From: Octopus sinensis
Taxonomy: Eukaryota
DNA length: 64,000 nt
Direction of reading: 5' to 3'
Assembly (NCBI RefSeq): GCF_006345805.1
Contig: NC_042997.1
Coordinates: forward strand, 13,950,001 to 14,014,000
Part shown: positions 9,905 through 23,390 of the stretch, piece after piece
Layout of the letters: every line of letters starts with the position of its first letter
Position numbering within the stretch: position 1 is the first letter of the stretch
Position numbers and translations under genes: made by a program
The notes under the pieces: model-generated
What the model was told of the DNA's origin: nothing
Database searches by the model: none
The model's input: only the letters and a program-made list of their open reading frames with translations

Positions 9905-11225
9905 CTCTGTGTCCCTCTATTTCGTATAGATGTGTTGTGTGCGTGTGAGAGAGAGAGAGAGACAGCGAGAGAGCCAGAGAAAAAGAAACGGAGCTAACGT
10001 TTATATTTCTGCATGCGTTTATATATATACATATGTGCTTAGGTGTGCATATCCGTGTCTGTATCAGCGTTGGCTTATGTGTATACCTCTCGTTGGTTTT
10101 TCTGTACGTGTCTGGATACGTACGGGTGTATGTAAAGCTGAAAATTTATGTAGTTTTCAGTCAATTAAGTCTCTTATCAATTTTTTCTCCAACCAATCGC
10201 TTGTATGTCCAAAGGGTGACTGAAAGGAGCTTCATATATTCCATATTGAATAGAGAATTCGAATATATCTAGCTAAAACCCACACAAAGAGAAAAATCGT
10301 AAAGATTCCTTTCTTCGTATTTAAAATATGATCCGCCATTGGCTTTATTTATTTTCCCTCATTTATTTATATTGTTGAGTATGACACATGCACATACAGA
10401 TTCTTCTCTCTCTCTCTCTCTCACACACAGACACACCCTTTCTCTCTCTCTCTTTCACCCTTTCTCTCTCCTCTCTCTCTCACCCATTCTCTCTCTCTCA
10501 CCCATTTCTCCTCTCTCTCTCTCTTTCTCTTTCTCTCTCTCTCTCTCTCTCATTCTCTCTCACGCACACACGCATGTACACATTCACTCGTACACACACA
10601 CAGCAGGTACACACGCGCACACACACAGACACGCACAGGTAATCTCTAAGTCTTTCTCTTTATGTGTATGTATGTATGTATATATATATATATATATACG
10701 CACACACACATATCTGTGCCTAAATATGCAAATGTGGGACTCTCTTTCTCATTCTCTCTATCTCTCTCTCTCTCTCTCTCTCTCGTCTCTCTCTCTCTCT
10801 CTCTCTCCCTCTGTACATACATACATACATATATATATATATATATTCATACATACACACACACATATAATGCGATATCTTTATACATATATTAATGAGC
10901 ATATGCATTATATGCATCTACGTACGTATAGATATATGTAATTGTATTCTTATGCGCGTAGATATATATATATATATATAATATATATTATATGGCTTGA
11001 TGATGGATATTTGGTATACATCAATTTTTATTTTTTATATATGTGTGTATGTGTGTGTATACAATTACATATATACAAACACACTCATACAAACACGCAT
11101 ACGTATATATATATATATCATACATACATGCATACATACATATACGTACGTATTTATTATATTTGTATGTATGTATGTATGTATATATGTATATAGTTCT
11201 TACGTATGCATGTATGTATGTGTTT
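9700..11225. repeat. Compound (CT)n/(CA)n/(TA)n/(TATG)n low-complexity field
   Basis: Direct reading; explains the spurious ORFs here. Confidence 0.85.
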
Positions 11226-11544
11226 ATATCAGATTAGATAAGATTCATTGAAGCACGGAACTGAAGAAAAGTAGAAGCCTAATCCAAAATATTGTGTCAA
11301 AGTGCTTCGGGACTGTTACATGCGCTGGATTATATTTAAACAGTGTAATACTATAGAAAAACACGCACACAAACATAAAAACAGAGAGGTACAACAGCAA
11401 CATTACTAATACAAATGCAAGCACAAATAATAACACTGAAAGCAAATTATATAATAACAAATATAATAAATGAGAATAATATTAATAACGTTATTTTTTT
11501 AATAATAAGATTGTACGTAATATGTTTATATGCAACTACAATGC

Positions 11545-12077
<533 letters not shown>

Positions 12078-12488
12078 TTCTTTCTATTATAAGCACAAGG
12101 TCTGACATTTTAGAGGCGGGGGATAGTCAATTGCATCCACCCCAGTACTCAGCTGGTACTTAATTTATCGATCCCGAAAGGATGAAAGGCAAAGTCGACC
12201 ACGGCGGAATTTGAACTCTCATAACGTAGCGGCAGAAGAAATACCTATTTCTTTACTACCCAAAAGGGGCTAAACACAGAGGAGACAAACAAGGACAGAC
12301 AAACGGATTAAGTCGACTATATCGACCCCACTGCGTACCCCACTGCGTAACTGGTACTTAATCTATCGACCCCGAAAGGATGAAAAGCAAAGTCGACCTC
12401 GGCGGAATTTGAACTCAGAACGTAACGGCGGACGAAATACCGCTAAGCATTTCGCCCGGCGTGTTAACGATTCTACCAACCCACTGCT
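12078..12488 (-). mobile_element. SINE family B dimer (tail-1 unit followed by head-less tail-2 unit)
   Basis: Internal junction gaaatacctatttc at about 12238-12251. The outer tail is the alternative cttgtgcttataatagaaagaa-(att)n end. Confidence 0.8.
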
Positions 12489-12498
12489 TTACATAATG

Positions 12499-12568
<70 letters not shown>

Positions 12569-12587
12569 TAATAATAATAACAACAAT

Positions 12588-12792
12588 CTTTTTGCTAAAA
12601 GCACAAAACCTAGAATTTTGGGGGGATGGGGTAAGTCGATTACATCGACTCCAGTACTTGACTGGTACTTATTTTATGATTCCCAAATTGGAGAAAAGTA
12701 AAGTCGACTTTGGCGGAAGTTGAACGCAGAACGTAAAGAAAGATGGACGAAATGCCGTTAAACATCTTGTTCGGCGTGTTAAGGATTCTGCC
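12588..12792 (-). mobile_element. SINE family B, tail type 2, diverged
   Basis: Core gtcgactttggcggaag and taagtcgattacatcgac hairpin; flanked by (AAT)n on both sides. Confidence 0.7.
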
Positions 12793-12797
12793 TGCAC

Positions 12798-12858
<61 letters not shown>

Positions 12859-12860
<2 letters not shown>

Positions 12861-14564
12861 CTGGAAACAAATTGAGAAAGAGATCCTCAAACAAAACTGA
12901 CCTCAATGTCTATCCTCACCAGACATCGACATGAAACTTCAACAATTCATGTCTGTAATGCAAGCCATATGCTACAAATGTGTCCCAGAGAGAAAGGCCA
13001 CTGTACACAAGAGCAAAATCCCCAGAGAGAGGAACATTCTAATGAGACGGCGTACAAAAGTTTCAAATCGCCTAAACAAACAAATTGAAAGTAGTGAAAA
13101 TAAAACTGTTGGAAATTGAAAAATGTCTGCAACTCTCCCATGAAAAAGAAAGAGTAGACAAAGAAGCCTGGGCTATAGACAACATAAAATCTAACCCCAG
13201 AGCTTTCTACAGGTATGCCAAAGAAACAGCTACGGTGCACTGTAGGATAGGGCCACTCCTTGAAAAGGATGGTACACTCACAGGAAATCCAATGAGGGTA
13301 AGTGAAATACTAAATGAGCAATTCAAGAGTATTTTCACTCCACCCCTAGGGCATTTTCAAGTCAGCAATCCAACTGACTTCTTTACTACTGCAGATATAA
13401 ATCAGAGGCAGCGATGATGATACATCAATATAAAGGAAGACGATGTAATAAAGGCTATTGATGAAATGAAAACAAACTCAGCTACTGGCCCCGATGGATT
13501 CCCAGCAATCCTTCTAAAAGTTTGTAAGAGAGTCCTAGCAAGACCACTGCAGTTCCTCTTTCAGGGCTTCCTTGCAACTGGCAAACTTCCAAGAAAACTG
13601 AAGGAATGTAAAATATGCCCTATTCATAAAGGGGGTAGCAGAGCGGAGGCCAAGAACTACAGACCTATCTCTCTGACCTCACACATCAGCAAGGTCATGG
13701 AATGAATAGTCAGAAGGAAACTAATCACCTTCCTTGAAGAAAAGGACTTGCTGCCTGACACCAAACATGGTTTCCGACCAGGAAGAAGCTGCTTAACTCA
13801 ACTCCTACAACACTATGACTGGGTGTTGAAACGACTGCTCAACCACTCAAATGTGGAAGTCATATATCTCGACTTTGCAAAGGCCTTTGATAAAGTCGAT
13901 CATGGAATGATATGTCACAAACTGCGTGATCTTAGCATAGTTGGAAAATTGGGAGAATGGCTTCATGACTTTCTGAAAGATAGACGTCAAGTGGTAGTAA
14001 GCAAATAGTGAGCGGTGTTCCGCAAGGCATTGTTCTGGGACCACTACTGTTCATAATGGCCCTCTCAGTCATGCCCTCAGCCACGCAGAGAGCCACGATC
14101 ACAAGTTATGCAGATGATACAAAAGTTTCACAGGCAATACAGAACCCTGAAGACACTAAGCACCTGCAATGTGAGCTGGACAAAATATACAAGTGGGCTG
14201 AAAAGAATAGCATGCAGTTCAATGCTGAAAAGTTTCAAGCTTTATACTATCAGCATGCAAAACTAAATGCAATACCCAATAAATACACTGGACCTGGAGG
14301 GATTGCAATCCCAGAGGCACAATCAGTGCGAGACCTGGGTATTTACATGAGTGATGATGCAACCTTTCATGCGCATGTTGCTAATTGTGCAATGAAATGT
14401 AGGGCTGACAGGATGGATTCTTAGAACCTTTAGAACAAGAGACCAGGAAACCATGATGGTCCTCTGGAGGACACTTGTCCTAAGCCACTTTGACTATTGT
14501 CTCAGCTATGGTCACCATCCAGTGTCAAGTTAATCACAGAACTTGAGGCGATCCAACGAAGCTA
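12859..14564 (+). pseudogene. CR1/Jockey-group LINE ORF2 (reverse transcriptase) with frameshifts and stops, cut by the assembly gap
   Basis: Motifs TGPDG, YRPISLTSHISKVME, HGFRPGRSCLTQLL, YLDFAKAFDKVDH, SGVPQG-x-VLGPLLF, YADDTK and DLGIY, spread over several frames. Confidence 0.92.
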
Positions 14565-14664
14565 NNNNNNNNNNNNNNNNNNNNNNNNNNNNNNNNNNNN
14601 NNNNNNNNNNNNNNNNNNNNNNNNNNNNNNNNNNNNNNNNNNNNNNNNNNNNNNNNNNNNNNNN
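14565..14664. other. Assembly gap (100 N)
   Basis: Direct reading. A round 100 N usually marks a scaffold join of unknown true size. Confidence 0.98.
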
Positions 14665-14929
14665 TTAATGTCTATGAAGTGGATCTCCTTTATAGATCTG
14701 TTGATTATTCCAAATGTTGGTGTGTATGTGTGTGCTTGTGAGCGTGTGTCTGCCTGTATGTATGTGTGTGTTGCGCACGCGTGTATGTTTGTATGTGTTA
14801 CTATATATTCTTCTGGCTTCTTTTTATAATACTACAGATATCTGCCTAGATATCTGTAGTATTTATTCTGCAGAACAGGGAAAACTTATTCTGTAGAATA
14901 TGGACCACAAATGCAAAGATTCTTCTTCG

Positions 14930-15092
14930 CGTCCAACGCTGCGGCCGCGTCCGGCTGCCGTACCCCTCGCGGGGGTGGTCGCGGCGTGGTTGCGGCATCG
15001 GTTGCGGAGCGGCGGCGGTGACCCGGTCGGTTTTCCCACATTCACTTCTTAAATATTAACATTTCCTTTGGCCAATATCAGCCAATATCCTT
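14930..15092. promoter_or_regulatory. Small GC/CpG-rich island with two adjacent CCAAT boxes; candidate promoter
   Basis: About 110 bp of very GC-rich, CpG-dense sequence (14930-15035), then ggccaatatcagccaat (about 15071-15087), in an AT-rich background. Confidence 0.3.
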
Positions 15093-15262
15093 TCCCTATA
15101 TCAGTGGAAAATATTGCATTTAAATCCAGCTATTTTTGGCATTGTAAATATCTCCAACATACATCCTTAGACTGTCCACGAAGAAATTATATGTAATATC
15201 AGTATTTTGTGCTGTTGCAGAGTATATATATGTGCGTGTATGTGTATGTATGCATATGTATG

Positions 15263-15304
<42 letters not shown>

Positions 15305-15760
15305 TGTGTGTGTGTGTGTGTATGGTCATCGATGCATAGTTTTTACCTGGAATATTTCATATTTAGTCCTTTGTACTTTAATTATTGATGTACTTTCAGA
15401 ACTGTTCCTTCTTTCCCACTAAATTTAAATGCTTTATATCACTGTTGCCTTTGTGATAAATACAATATCTAATGAACGAAATCCACCAGATTTTTAGCCA
15501 CCAGATTTGCGCCTATATTAAAAGCAAATATTATTATTTTTATCATTATCTCCACTGCTAATATAATTGTTGTTATTTTTACTAACACCACTATTGTTAT
15601 TTTTGCCATTATTTTTGTATTATCATCATTATTATAATTCATCTAATATATTCTGAATATAGTGTGCTACTATTATCATTATATTAGCAAATTTTATTCT
15701 AATTTCAAAACAACAATAAAATTGTTATATGTTCTTCAATTTGCTCCCTCTCCCCTAACC

Positions 15761-15803
<43 letters not shown>

Positions 15804-15844
15804 TCTCTCTCGCGTTCTCTCCCTATCTTCTCTATATTTTTTTA

Positions 15845-15885
15845 TTGTAATTATTATTATCACCATCATTCTTATATCATCATCA

Positions 15886-15939
<54 letters not shown>

Positions 15940-16046
15940 GTTATCATCATCATTGTTATTATTAATGTTGTTATTATCATCGGCATCATTATCATCATTA
16001 TTATAAACATCACAATTATTATTATTATTATTATTATTATTATTGT

Positions 16047-16080
<34 letters not shown>

Positions 16081-16084
16081 ATTG

Positions 16085-16155
<71 letters not shown>
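15845..16155. repeat. (CAT)n/(ATT)n/(GTT)n compound microsatellite
   Basis: Direct reading. Confidence 0.9.
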
Positions 16156-16157
<2 letters not shown>

Positions 16158-16563
16158 AAATATTTTCAGTGCATGTGTTTGGTGATTAAAAAAACATACA
16201 AATGTTCATTTATATTTGTACTATTTTGTAAAATATAATTTTATATCTTCGAAACTCTTTTCTCGTCTTCCTTCATTTTCTCGTTAATTTTTATTACCTT
16301 TTGTCATAGGATTGTTTCTTTGTTTGTCTTTTTGTTCTTGTTTTTTTTTTTAACGAAGCTTTGATTCTTGATTCCTATCTTTGTTTTTCTTCCGAATACA
16401 CATACGCACATACACACACACTTACATGTATTTCTGTATGTGTATATATATATACATATATATATACATATATATATACATATATATACATATATACGTA
16501 TATATATGTATGTATATATATGTATATACATATGTATATATATATGCATATATATATATATTA

Positions 16564-16595
<32 letters not shown>

Positions 16596-17109
16596 GCGTG
16601 TGTATATGTATGTATATGCATATGTGCTTATGTGTATGTATGTATGTATGTATGTATGTATGTACGTATGTATGTATACACTCCTTTATTTTGATTACTT
16701 ATTGTTTCCTTTTGTAGGGAATTTTTCATCGAACATAAACATGACTAAACAAAGAATTTAAAAACCAAAGACCCAACTAACAAAAAAAAACACAAACAAT
16801 AATACATGACGAAACAAAGAATTGAGAAGATCAAATAAAATAAAAAAAAATTACAAAACAATCTATATATCGTGTACTCATAACCCAAAGGTTCAAAAAA
16901 TTCCCAGAAGTTTTCAAATATTGTTTTCAAAATATTTATACGGTAATATTGATAAACATTGAACCGTTCTTTCAGCGATCAAAGCTAAGCATGTATTTTT
17001 ACCTTAGACCCAGATTTGTTTATTCTCTATTATTACTGGGAATTTTTTAATTGTTTATTTATTTTATATACACAGGTAGCACTCTACTACATCCCTTTCT
17101 TCCGTTCTA

Positions 17110-17168
<59 letters not shown>

Positions 17169-18264
17169 ATCTATCTATCTCTCTGTCTCTTTCTCTCTCT
17201 CTCTCACTCACTCTCTCTTTCTGCATATGTATATATATATGTATATATATTATATATATATATAATATAATATATATTATATATATATAATATAGAGAGA
17301 GAGAGAGGGAGACAAAGAGAGATATATGTATATATGCATACTTACATTCATACATACATTTCACACACACACACGCATGTATATATATATATATGTGTGT
17401 GTGTGGTGTGTGTGCGCGCGCGCGCGCGTGTGTGTGTGTGTAGTTATGTATGTTTTTACGTTTGTCTGTTGGTATGTATATTTGTATGGATTCTTTCCCA
17501 TTTTTGCGTATCACTATTTCTCCATATGTACATATGTGCATGGATGTATAAGTGTATTTTATGTTGTTCTGTGCATCGTCAGAACGTACAAACACAGAAG
17601 TACACTCACATATATGTGTACACACACACACACACACAAACACACACAAACACACGCGCACACATATTATCGATACAACATACATAACGTATGTGCGTTG
17701 TTCAAACGCCAGAAGCTGAGGTTTGCGTCGGGGAAAAATACGCCTTTAAAGGCACATAGTGTTAAAAAAAACACAATATACTTCAGAGCTAAGCGAAACG
17801 AAATTACCTCAGAAGAGTTTACGAAAGCGACAGAAATGTATTTCGCCATCTTTGCAGCTTATCAATGCCGTATACATGTGTTACTTTTAAGTCAAACCTG
17901 GTATTATGAAGTATGAACAGATGGGGTATAAACTATCGACTGGTTTGTGATGACGCTACATAAGCGAATAAATTCGAATAATGCAATAGAAGCTGCTCTA
18001 TAACGAAAATATTGTCTATACAACATACTTAATGTAGGTGTTGTTTAAAAGCCAGAAGCTGCGGTTTTTCGTCCGGGAAAAATCCCTTTGAAGACGTATG
18101 TTGTTTAAAAGATATACTTCAAAGTTATACGAAACGAAACGTTGCAATTGAGGCTACGTATTTCGCTCTAGGTGAGGCTCGTCAATGACACTAATAGGAC
18201 GATTTCGACATTGTGACGAGCCTCAACTACAGCGCAAAATAGCTCACTTTCTTTCCTTCTCTCT

Positions 18265-18329
<65 letters not shown>

Positions 18330-18419
18330 CCTCTTGCGAGCTATAACAAAAACTGTCTTGAAGCTATATTGTTTACAATAGTTCTATCTAAATTTGGTAT
18401 TGCACCCCTTCCCATAAGG

Positions 18420-19260
18420 TTTGCTGATGGTACAAACGTTTAGGTATCAGTAAAAGAAACTTGAAGATATCAAAAGTATTTAGATAGATCTAGGGTCGTG
18501 TAAAGATGAGCAACAATTCAATGCAAAAGAATTATTTATTGCTACGTTATCCTTCTTTCGGAACATAAGTATCTGAATATACAGAACCGAAGAAATTGCA
18601 GTACCATTGTTAAAAGCTGTGCAGGGCCTGAAAATTGTAAAGAATAATGAGACATCGTTCCATGTGCATTCTACGAAAATGATGAAAACGTGCAGAAGAT
18701 TAGCATGGATCCTAATAATATTCAGAACAAGAGCACAAATGATCATGCTTATCCTCTGGAAGATATGATCGTTGCTTTCATCCATTATCATCTCATACAA
18801 CCAAAATTGCTATTTAACCGGTGGGAATCCAAAGAACCTACTCAAAAAGGAAAATGATTTCGTACACCAGGTGAGCATTTAGGAGAGGTTGTAAACTTAG
18901 AGGATATTTACTTTGGAACAAAGAACGGAATGACATGCAATCATCTATTTATGTCTTGGAAGTCTTAGAAGAAAATGCGTCAAGCTCTAAGCATTACAAA
19001 CTATGCAAGCTCGAACAGAATGGCATTGTACAGATCCAAGAGTTTCAAGAGCCTCCTTCCCAAATAAGTAATACTACCAGAGTTAGGTGGAATGGCAGGT
19101 ATTCGGTTTCTTCCTCATAATATAAAGAATATATGAGGAGTGTATATCAGCATTTTCAGATGATCTGGATATACCGGTGTGCACAAACTCAGGCGAACTT
19201 ATATTCTGCTATAGATGAGAGCAACAATGTCTAAATCATGGATGCAAGACGGACTTTAAC
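18420..19260 (+). pseudogene. Highly decayed CR1-like LINE ORF2 3' part
   Basis: Remnants F-A-D-G-T (from FADDT), QQFNAK and RIFTLEQR in the expected order; no long ORF. Confidence 0.45.
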
Positions 19261-19282
19261 ACTGTGGCGGTGCTCCGGCATG

Positions 19283-19293
19283 CTAACATATGA

Positions 19294-19358
<65 letters not shown>

Positions 19359-19374
19359 ATATATATATAAATAT

Positions 19375-19458
<84 letters not shown>
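19283..19458. repeat. Long (TA)n tract
   Basis: Direct reading. Similar tracts at about 33050-33160, 33790-33915, 38965-39090 and 61215-61350. Confidence 0.95.
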
Positions 19459-19462
<4 letters not shown>

Positions 19463-19464
19463 TG

Positions 19465-19680
19465 TATGTTGTGACCACGTGTGTATCGTTGGCGATTTTT
19501 TTCCTCCGTCTGCCCTTCCTTGGATCTTTCCTTTTCCTATGTTTCTGACGAAGAGCTCCGCTCGAAACGTTAAGTCCTCCTTTTTTCTTTCTTTTCCTGA
19601 GCGCCCAATAACACTATACATGTTCCACGTCCTCGCGTTGTTGTGTTTTCTCTTTGTGCTTCATGTTTGGATTAACTATA
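19465..19680 (+). mobile_element. About 210-bp element embedded in (TA)n carrying a minimal hammerhead (retrozyme/Penelope-derived candidate)
   Basis: Unique pyrimidine-rich sequence bounded by (TA)n on both sides; contains 19541-19575. Confidence 0.6.
19541..19575 (+). ncRNA. Minimal type I hammerhead motif
   Basis: gttt-CTGACGA-a-gagc-tcc-gctc-GAA-acgt-t-aagt: stem II 4 bp, palindromic ACGU stem III, GUU triplet, stem I 4 bp with two GU pairs. Confidence 0.65.
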
Positions 19681-19737
19681 TATATATATATAGATATATA
19701 TATAGATAGATAAATTGATAGATAGATAGATAGATAT

Positions 19738-19828
<91 letters not shown>

Positions 19829-20409
19829 CATGTGCATATATCACATACATATATGCATGTATACACACATGCATATTCATATTTATATACATATATGCAC
19901 ACTTATTTATATCCATATACATTCACATTTGTATATGTATGCATACATATACACACATACATATATACATACATACATACGTACATACATACATACATAC
20001 ATACATACATACATACATACATACATACATACATACATACATTTGAAAGTGGTACATAAAAGTAAATTAGTGCAACTTATTCGATTAGACATTTCTTTAA
20101 AAATTTCTCGAAATGTTTTCTTTCATGCTTTTCTATTTTTATAGTTTTTACCTTTTTTCAATATTTTTTCAATAATATTTTCATGCAAATACTGAGTGCA
20201 AATACAATACATTATTCGATTACCATTTTGTTTGCTTTACGTCTATCTAAATAATAGAACCAAATTTTCTTAACCTTATATCAATAGTAACACATTCAAC
20301 AAACGTTATTGTTGTATTTATTTGCTTCGTTCATATATATATTATTATATATATAATATGTTGTTGTTGTTGCTGTTATTGTTATTGTAGTTGTTGTTGT
20401 TATTTTTGT

Positions 20410-22423
20410 TGCTGTTGCTAGGTCTGTCAGCCGAGGTGTGCTAACCTTGCCGAGTAAGGACGCCAATATAGGTGGTGTTGTAGACAATGTTTGGCCCATA
20501 AGCTTGGTATGTGCAGAGTTTAAAAGTTTAGCCAATGTGTTAGCAAAGAGGTTAGCAATTCTCATGGATTGGTTTAGTCAGAAAAGCTCAAACGTGTGTG
20601 AGCCCCAGTAGATCTATCTACGACAACCCCCACCTGATGCTTTACGTCATAGAGAGAGTGAGTAGGTAATATGGCATCGATGGGGTTCTGAACAAAAGCA
20701 TTCGATAGGGTCGACCATCGTTACTTGACAACAGCCCTAAAAGTAACCGATTTCGGACCAGTTTTCAGTAGGTGGATCGCAGCAATGCACACTAGCGCTT
20801 ACTGAGTGGTAGGAGTAAACATTCAACACTCAAAATCGTTTCATATCGCACGCTCGATCCTCGAGTGTCCTCTCTTATCTCTTTTATACGTTCTGATGCT
20901 CGGGCTTTGGCTGCGGAAGCTAGAACTCTTGAGGGGCATCTCTTTCGCACTGGGACGTGGGAGAGCTGTGTCGGCGTATGTAGATGGCATCATTGTTATG
21001 ATGTTAGACACCGCAGATGTTCAGGTTGTGATTATTTTGTAAAGGAATACAAGGTGATGCCAGGAGCTTGTGGCTCGGCAACTAGAAAGACAAGTCTATG
21101 TCAACGAATAACATAGTAGGTTGATAGAAAGACGGACCGGTGAAATTCTTCGATGTCTGGCTTAGCCCGGAACTACAGGTGAACAAGAACCGAGATGAGA
21201 TTACAAGTAGGGCGGCCAATCTAACTCAGAAATGGGCCGAGAGGAAATTACCCCTGAAAGGTTGAGCAGAGGTGGAAAATGCTTACATGACTTCTTTAAT
21301 AACTTACCTCAAGTCCACGTTTAGCCGGATTGGAACGTTTACTTTTCCACTCCCTGTGGAAAGGATGCTCCCCATTTGTCAAGTAGTCCATCTGTTGCCA
21401 GTGCCCTCTGGATGGCGGACTTGGCATGCTGTCGCTGCTAATGAGCAAACATGCGCTCCGGCTAGCCCACTTCCAGATTTTCCTGCACGGTGAGCTGGTG
21501 TGGTTTCCGTTTGCAACTCGCCTCTCCGTAGCTCATCTCTTTGACAAACCTACAATCTTGGGTCAAGAAAATACCAAGATCGGATTCCTGGCATCTGGAA
21601 CGTTGTTAAGCGCTCACTGCTCTCTACTAGTCGGGCAATACGGTAGGTGGAAATTCTACGATAGCAATATATAGAAATTTAGTGGTGTGTAAGAGCGATA
21701 ACGTTCTCCAGGAAAATCTAGATGCTGACGAGGATGAAATAGCTGATTTGTTTCGAAGAACTTTCGAGTCCGCTACTACCACGGATAGTTTCCAGAACTC
21801 CCTGGCGTGGCAGTGACCGAGGATTGACGACTTCTGGGGCTATGTCGAACAGCTGTTATTGCATGTAGAACGAATCCGATTATTGGCTGAATCCCAATTA
21901 AGGATCTCCCCACAAACCCACTTTAACAAGGCAGGACAGGCAGTGTTCTTCTGTCTAGTGGCTATGATGAAAGGGCTTGTGTCATGGACGAAGTAGAAGC
22001 GATTTAGAAAAGACGCCTTACTCTTCGGTCAAGCTCTCAACGACTTTTTGAAGTTTCACTTGGAAAGGGAAGTGCTCCTTCCCAATGAATTTGTGAAAGT
22101 ATGAGTGACTGTAGCAAAATGGTTAGAGTAAATGGCCCTACTCTAAGTATGCGATTGGCTAGCATGAGAGAGGGCTCGTGCCTTTGGTGGTCAGGATAAT
22201 CTTAGATTTGTGGTTTTCCTTGGTTGTTATTAGCTGGGGTTTCTCCTGTACAAAACTGATTGCATCATTCATGTAATCACATACTTTGTATACTATGCAT
22301 AATTTTATTGTGTTCTATCGTCATTTCCATTTCTCTTTCCCTATTCTTTATGTAAATCCCGCACAAATCGTTGACTGTCTGTGTGATTCCCCTCATCTAT
22401 GCCTTTGTGTCTAATGAAAGAAA
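20410..22423 (+). pseudogene. Tx1-type (L1 clade) LINE, 5'-truncated, decayed RT region through 3' UTR
   Basis: Remnants PISL..ELKVLANVLAKRLA, KAFDRVDHRYL, CPLLSLLY, SAYVDG (YADD position), KHALRL, and a C-terminus V-R-V-N-G-P-T-L-S-M. Tail cctttgtgtctaatgaaagaaa then (CAT)n. Confidence 0.8.
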
Positions 22424-22489
22424 GCATCATCATAATTATCATCATCATCATCATCATCATTATAATCATCATCATCATTATTATTATTA

Positions 22490-22584
<95 letters not shown>

Positions 22585-22608
22585 ATTATTATTATTATTT
22601 CATGTTTG
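22424..22608. repeat. (CAT)n(ATT)n(GTT)n(ATT)n compound microsatellite
   Basis: Direct reading. Confidence 0.95.
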
Positions 22609-22741
22609 ACTTTTGCTTTACATTTGTACAAGTCTCACCCAGAGACCTCAAGTGACAACAAGTTAGGAGTTCATGCTGGTGTTATGCCTAGGGTGCCATA
22701 TATTTGGTTTTGTACATTCGTTCTAGAAAATGTTTAAGAAA
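22609..22741 (-). mobile_element. R4/Dong LINE 3' UTR fragment
   Basis: Diverged copy of the UTR at about 22758-22880 (gagacctcaag.gacaaca, gttatgcctag..tgccatatatttgg); ends in (AAT)n. Confidence 0.7.
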
Positions 22742-23012
22742 ATTATTATTATTATTATATGTTTGATTTTTGCTTTGTATTTGTACAAGTTGGCTCAAGT
22801 CTCACCCGGAGACCTCAAGAGACAACAGGTTGGAAGTTCACGTTGTTGTTATGCCTAGTATGCCATATATTTGGTTGTTTTTTGTGTTGTACTGGTGGAT
22901 GTCTAAAAAAAAATGTTTGTTTTAAACCTTGAGATTACATAGAAAGTATTTTGCGTAGGATATGAGCAGTTCCCATGAGCACTATCTTTTGAATTTCTGC
23001 CATTTTTGTGTT
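22742..23012 (-). pseudogene. R4/Dong LINE 3' end, subfamily 1
   Basis: IPGNTKMAEIQKIVLMGTAHILRKILSM-stop, the C-terminal signature of RLE-type R4/Dong ORFs, then UTR and (AAT)n. Confidence 0.8.
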
Positions 23013-23029
23013 TCCTGGTATTATTATTA

Positions 23030-23134
<105 letters not shown>

Positions 23135-23135
23135 C

Positions 23136-23387
23136 CTTATTGGTTTGGCTCAAGTTTGGTCTTATTCCTTGTAGGACTTTTGTGCGTAGCGGGTTACTAC
23201 CTGCAACCTTAGGCATCCACAAGTTTTCGGAAGTTTTCAAGTGCTTAGAACCATCCTGATAATCCTTGCTGTCCCTAAGAGACAAACTTTCTGTAAAGAG
23301 ATCTACCGACCATTCTATTTCAATCTCTTTTAGCCATTTGTCTATATCTTTGTTTACTGTTCCCAACGCACCAGTTATTATAGGCAC
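23136..23387 (-). pseudogene. R4/Dong LINE 3' end, subfamily 2
   Basis: VPIITGALGTVNKDIDKWLKEI...[frameshift]LQKVCLLGTARIIRMVLST-stop, then a different UTR and (AAT)n. Confidence 0.8.
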
Positions 23388-23390
23388 GCA

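Noticed and set aside
12859-14830. LINE ORF continuing across the gap (ORF 14497-14829)
   Set aside because: It reads through 100 N of unknown true length; the right side is unrelated sequence.
14941-15030. HDV-like ribozyme fold around ccctcgc
   Set aside because: P3 has a mismatch, P1.1 GG is absent and no J4/2-P2 closure was found; it reads as a nested hairpin.
21722-21745. ctgacga-ggat-gaaa hammerhead-like string
   Set aside because: No stem II, no stem I or III complement, and it lies inside Tx1 coding remnants.
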